From Marsupella aquatica (lineage: Eukaryota; Plantae; Marchantiophyta), in assembly GCA_973895155.1 (NCBI GenBank), contig OZ316898.1, forward strand, positions 9,411,079-9,475,078: 64,000 bases of DNA, in the 5' to 3' direction. Shown piece by piece: positions 63,701 through 64,000 of the stretch. Made by a program: the position numbers and the translations under genes. A model generated the notes under the pieces. That model saw only the letters and a program-made list of their open reading frames with translations. It had not been told where the DNA came from and did no database searches. Numbering within the stretch: position 1 is the first letter of the stretch; every line of letters begins with the position of its first letter.

Positions 63701-64000
63701 TAGCGATTTTTCGTCAAACCCACATGTGCTGGCTACAGAAATCGGTGCAGTGGTAATCCAGCTCGTTTTCATGGGATACAGGATTCCAATTCGGATGTCT
63801 GGCTCCGAGGAGAACAATCTGATTTGAAGAAGGATGTCGGAAGAGGTTTCTGTGGACTCAATTAGGGGTTAGGCTGGAGTGGACTCTGTGCAGCATTGGC
63901 TGAAGTGTGATCCAGCTCGTTAGTCTGGGATTGAGATTTCCACTCTGCCAGGTTTTGAATTAATTTCTGGCTCCGGGGAAAAACAGTCTGATTTGAAGAA

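Overview
Eukaryotic plant nuclear DNA; the gene style and transposon content suggest a non-seed plant such as a bryophyte (inference). Two intact spliced host genes lie at the right end on the minus strand: an ILR1-like M20 amidohydrolase (53291-56499) and a SerB-like HAD hydrolase (59048-60993). The rest is mostly mobile DNA. (1) A 9.7-kb Ty3/gypsy-type retroelement (5606-15305, minus) has pol order protease - C5 DNA methyltransferase - RT - RNase H - DDE integrase - PHD. Its ends are split direct repeats (X...Y-gc-X-Y) rather than two matching LTRs, and its leader holds a 7-copy palindrome array. (2) A block of about 25 kb (about 23.9-48.3 kb) looks like a giant cargo-carrying DNA transposon. 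It has a spliced Sola-like (DUF7869-type) transposase, three F-box genes and a small Cys-rich gene. It also has a reconstructable 8-exon gene of about 2,560 codons fusing ParB-like, degenerate amino-MTase-like, acidic/coiled-coil, Ulp1 SUMO protease and three FCP1/NIF phosphatase-like domains. About 35 copies of a 16-bp palindrome (ACGCG-N6-CGCGT) sit in this block's introns, intergenic gaps and tandem arrays. Both large elements carry premature stops, mostly explainable by C-to-T changes. Several MITEs and a probable non-autonomous Helitron are also present. All domain calls come from motif recognition by eye; no database search was run.
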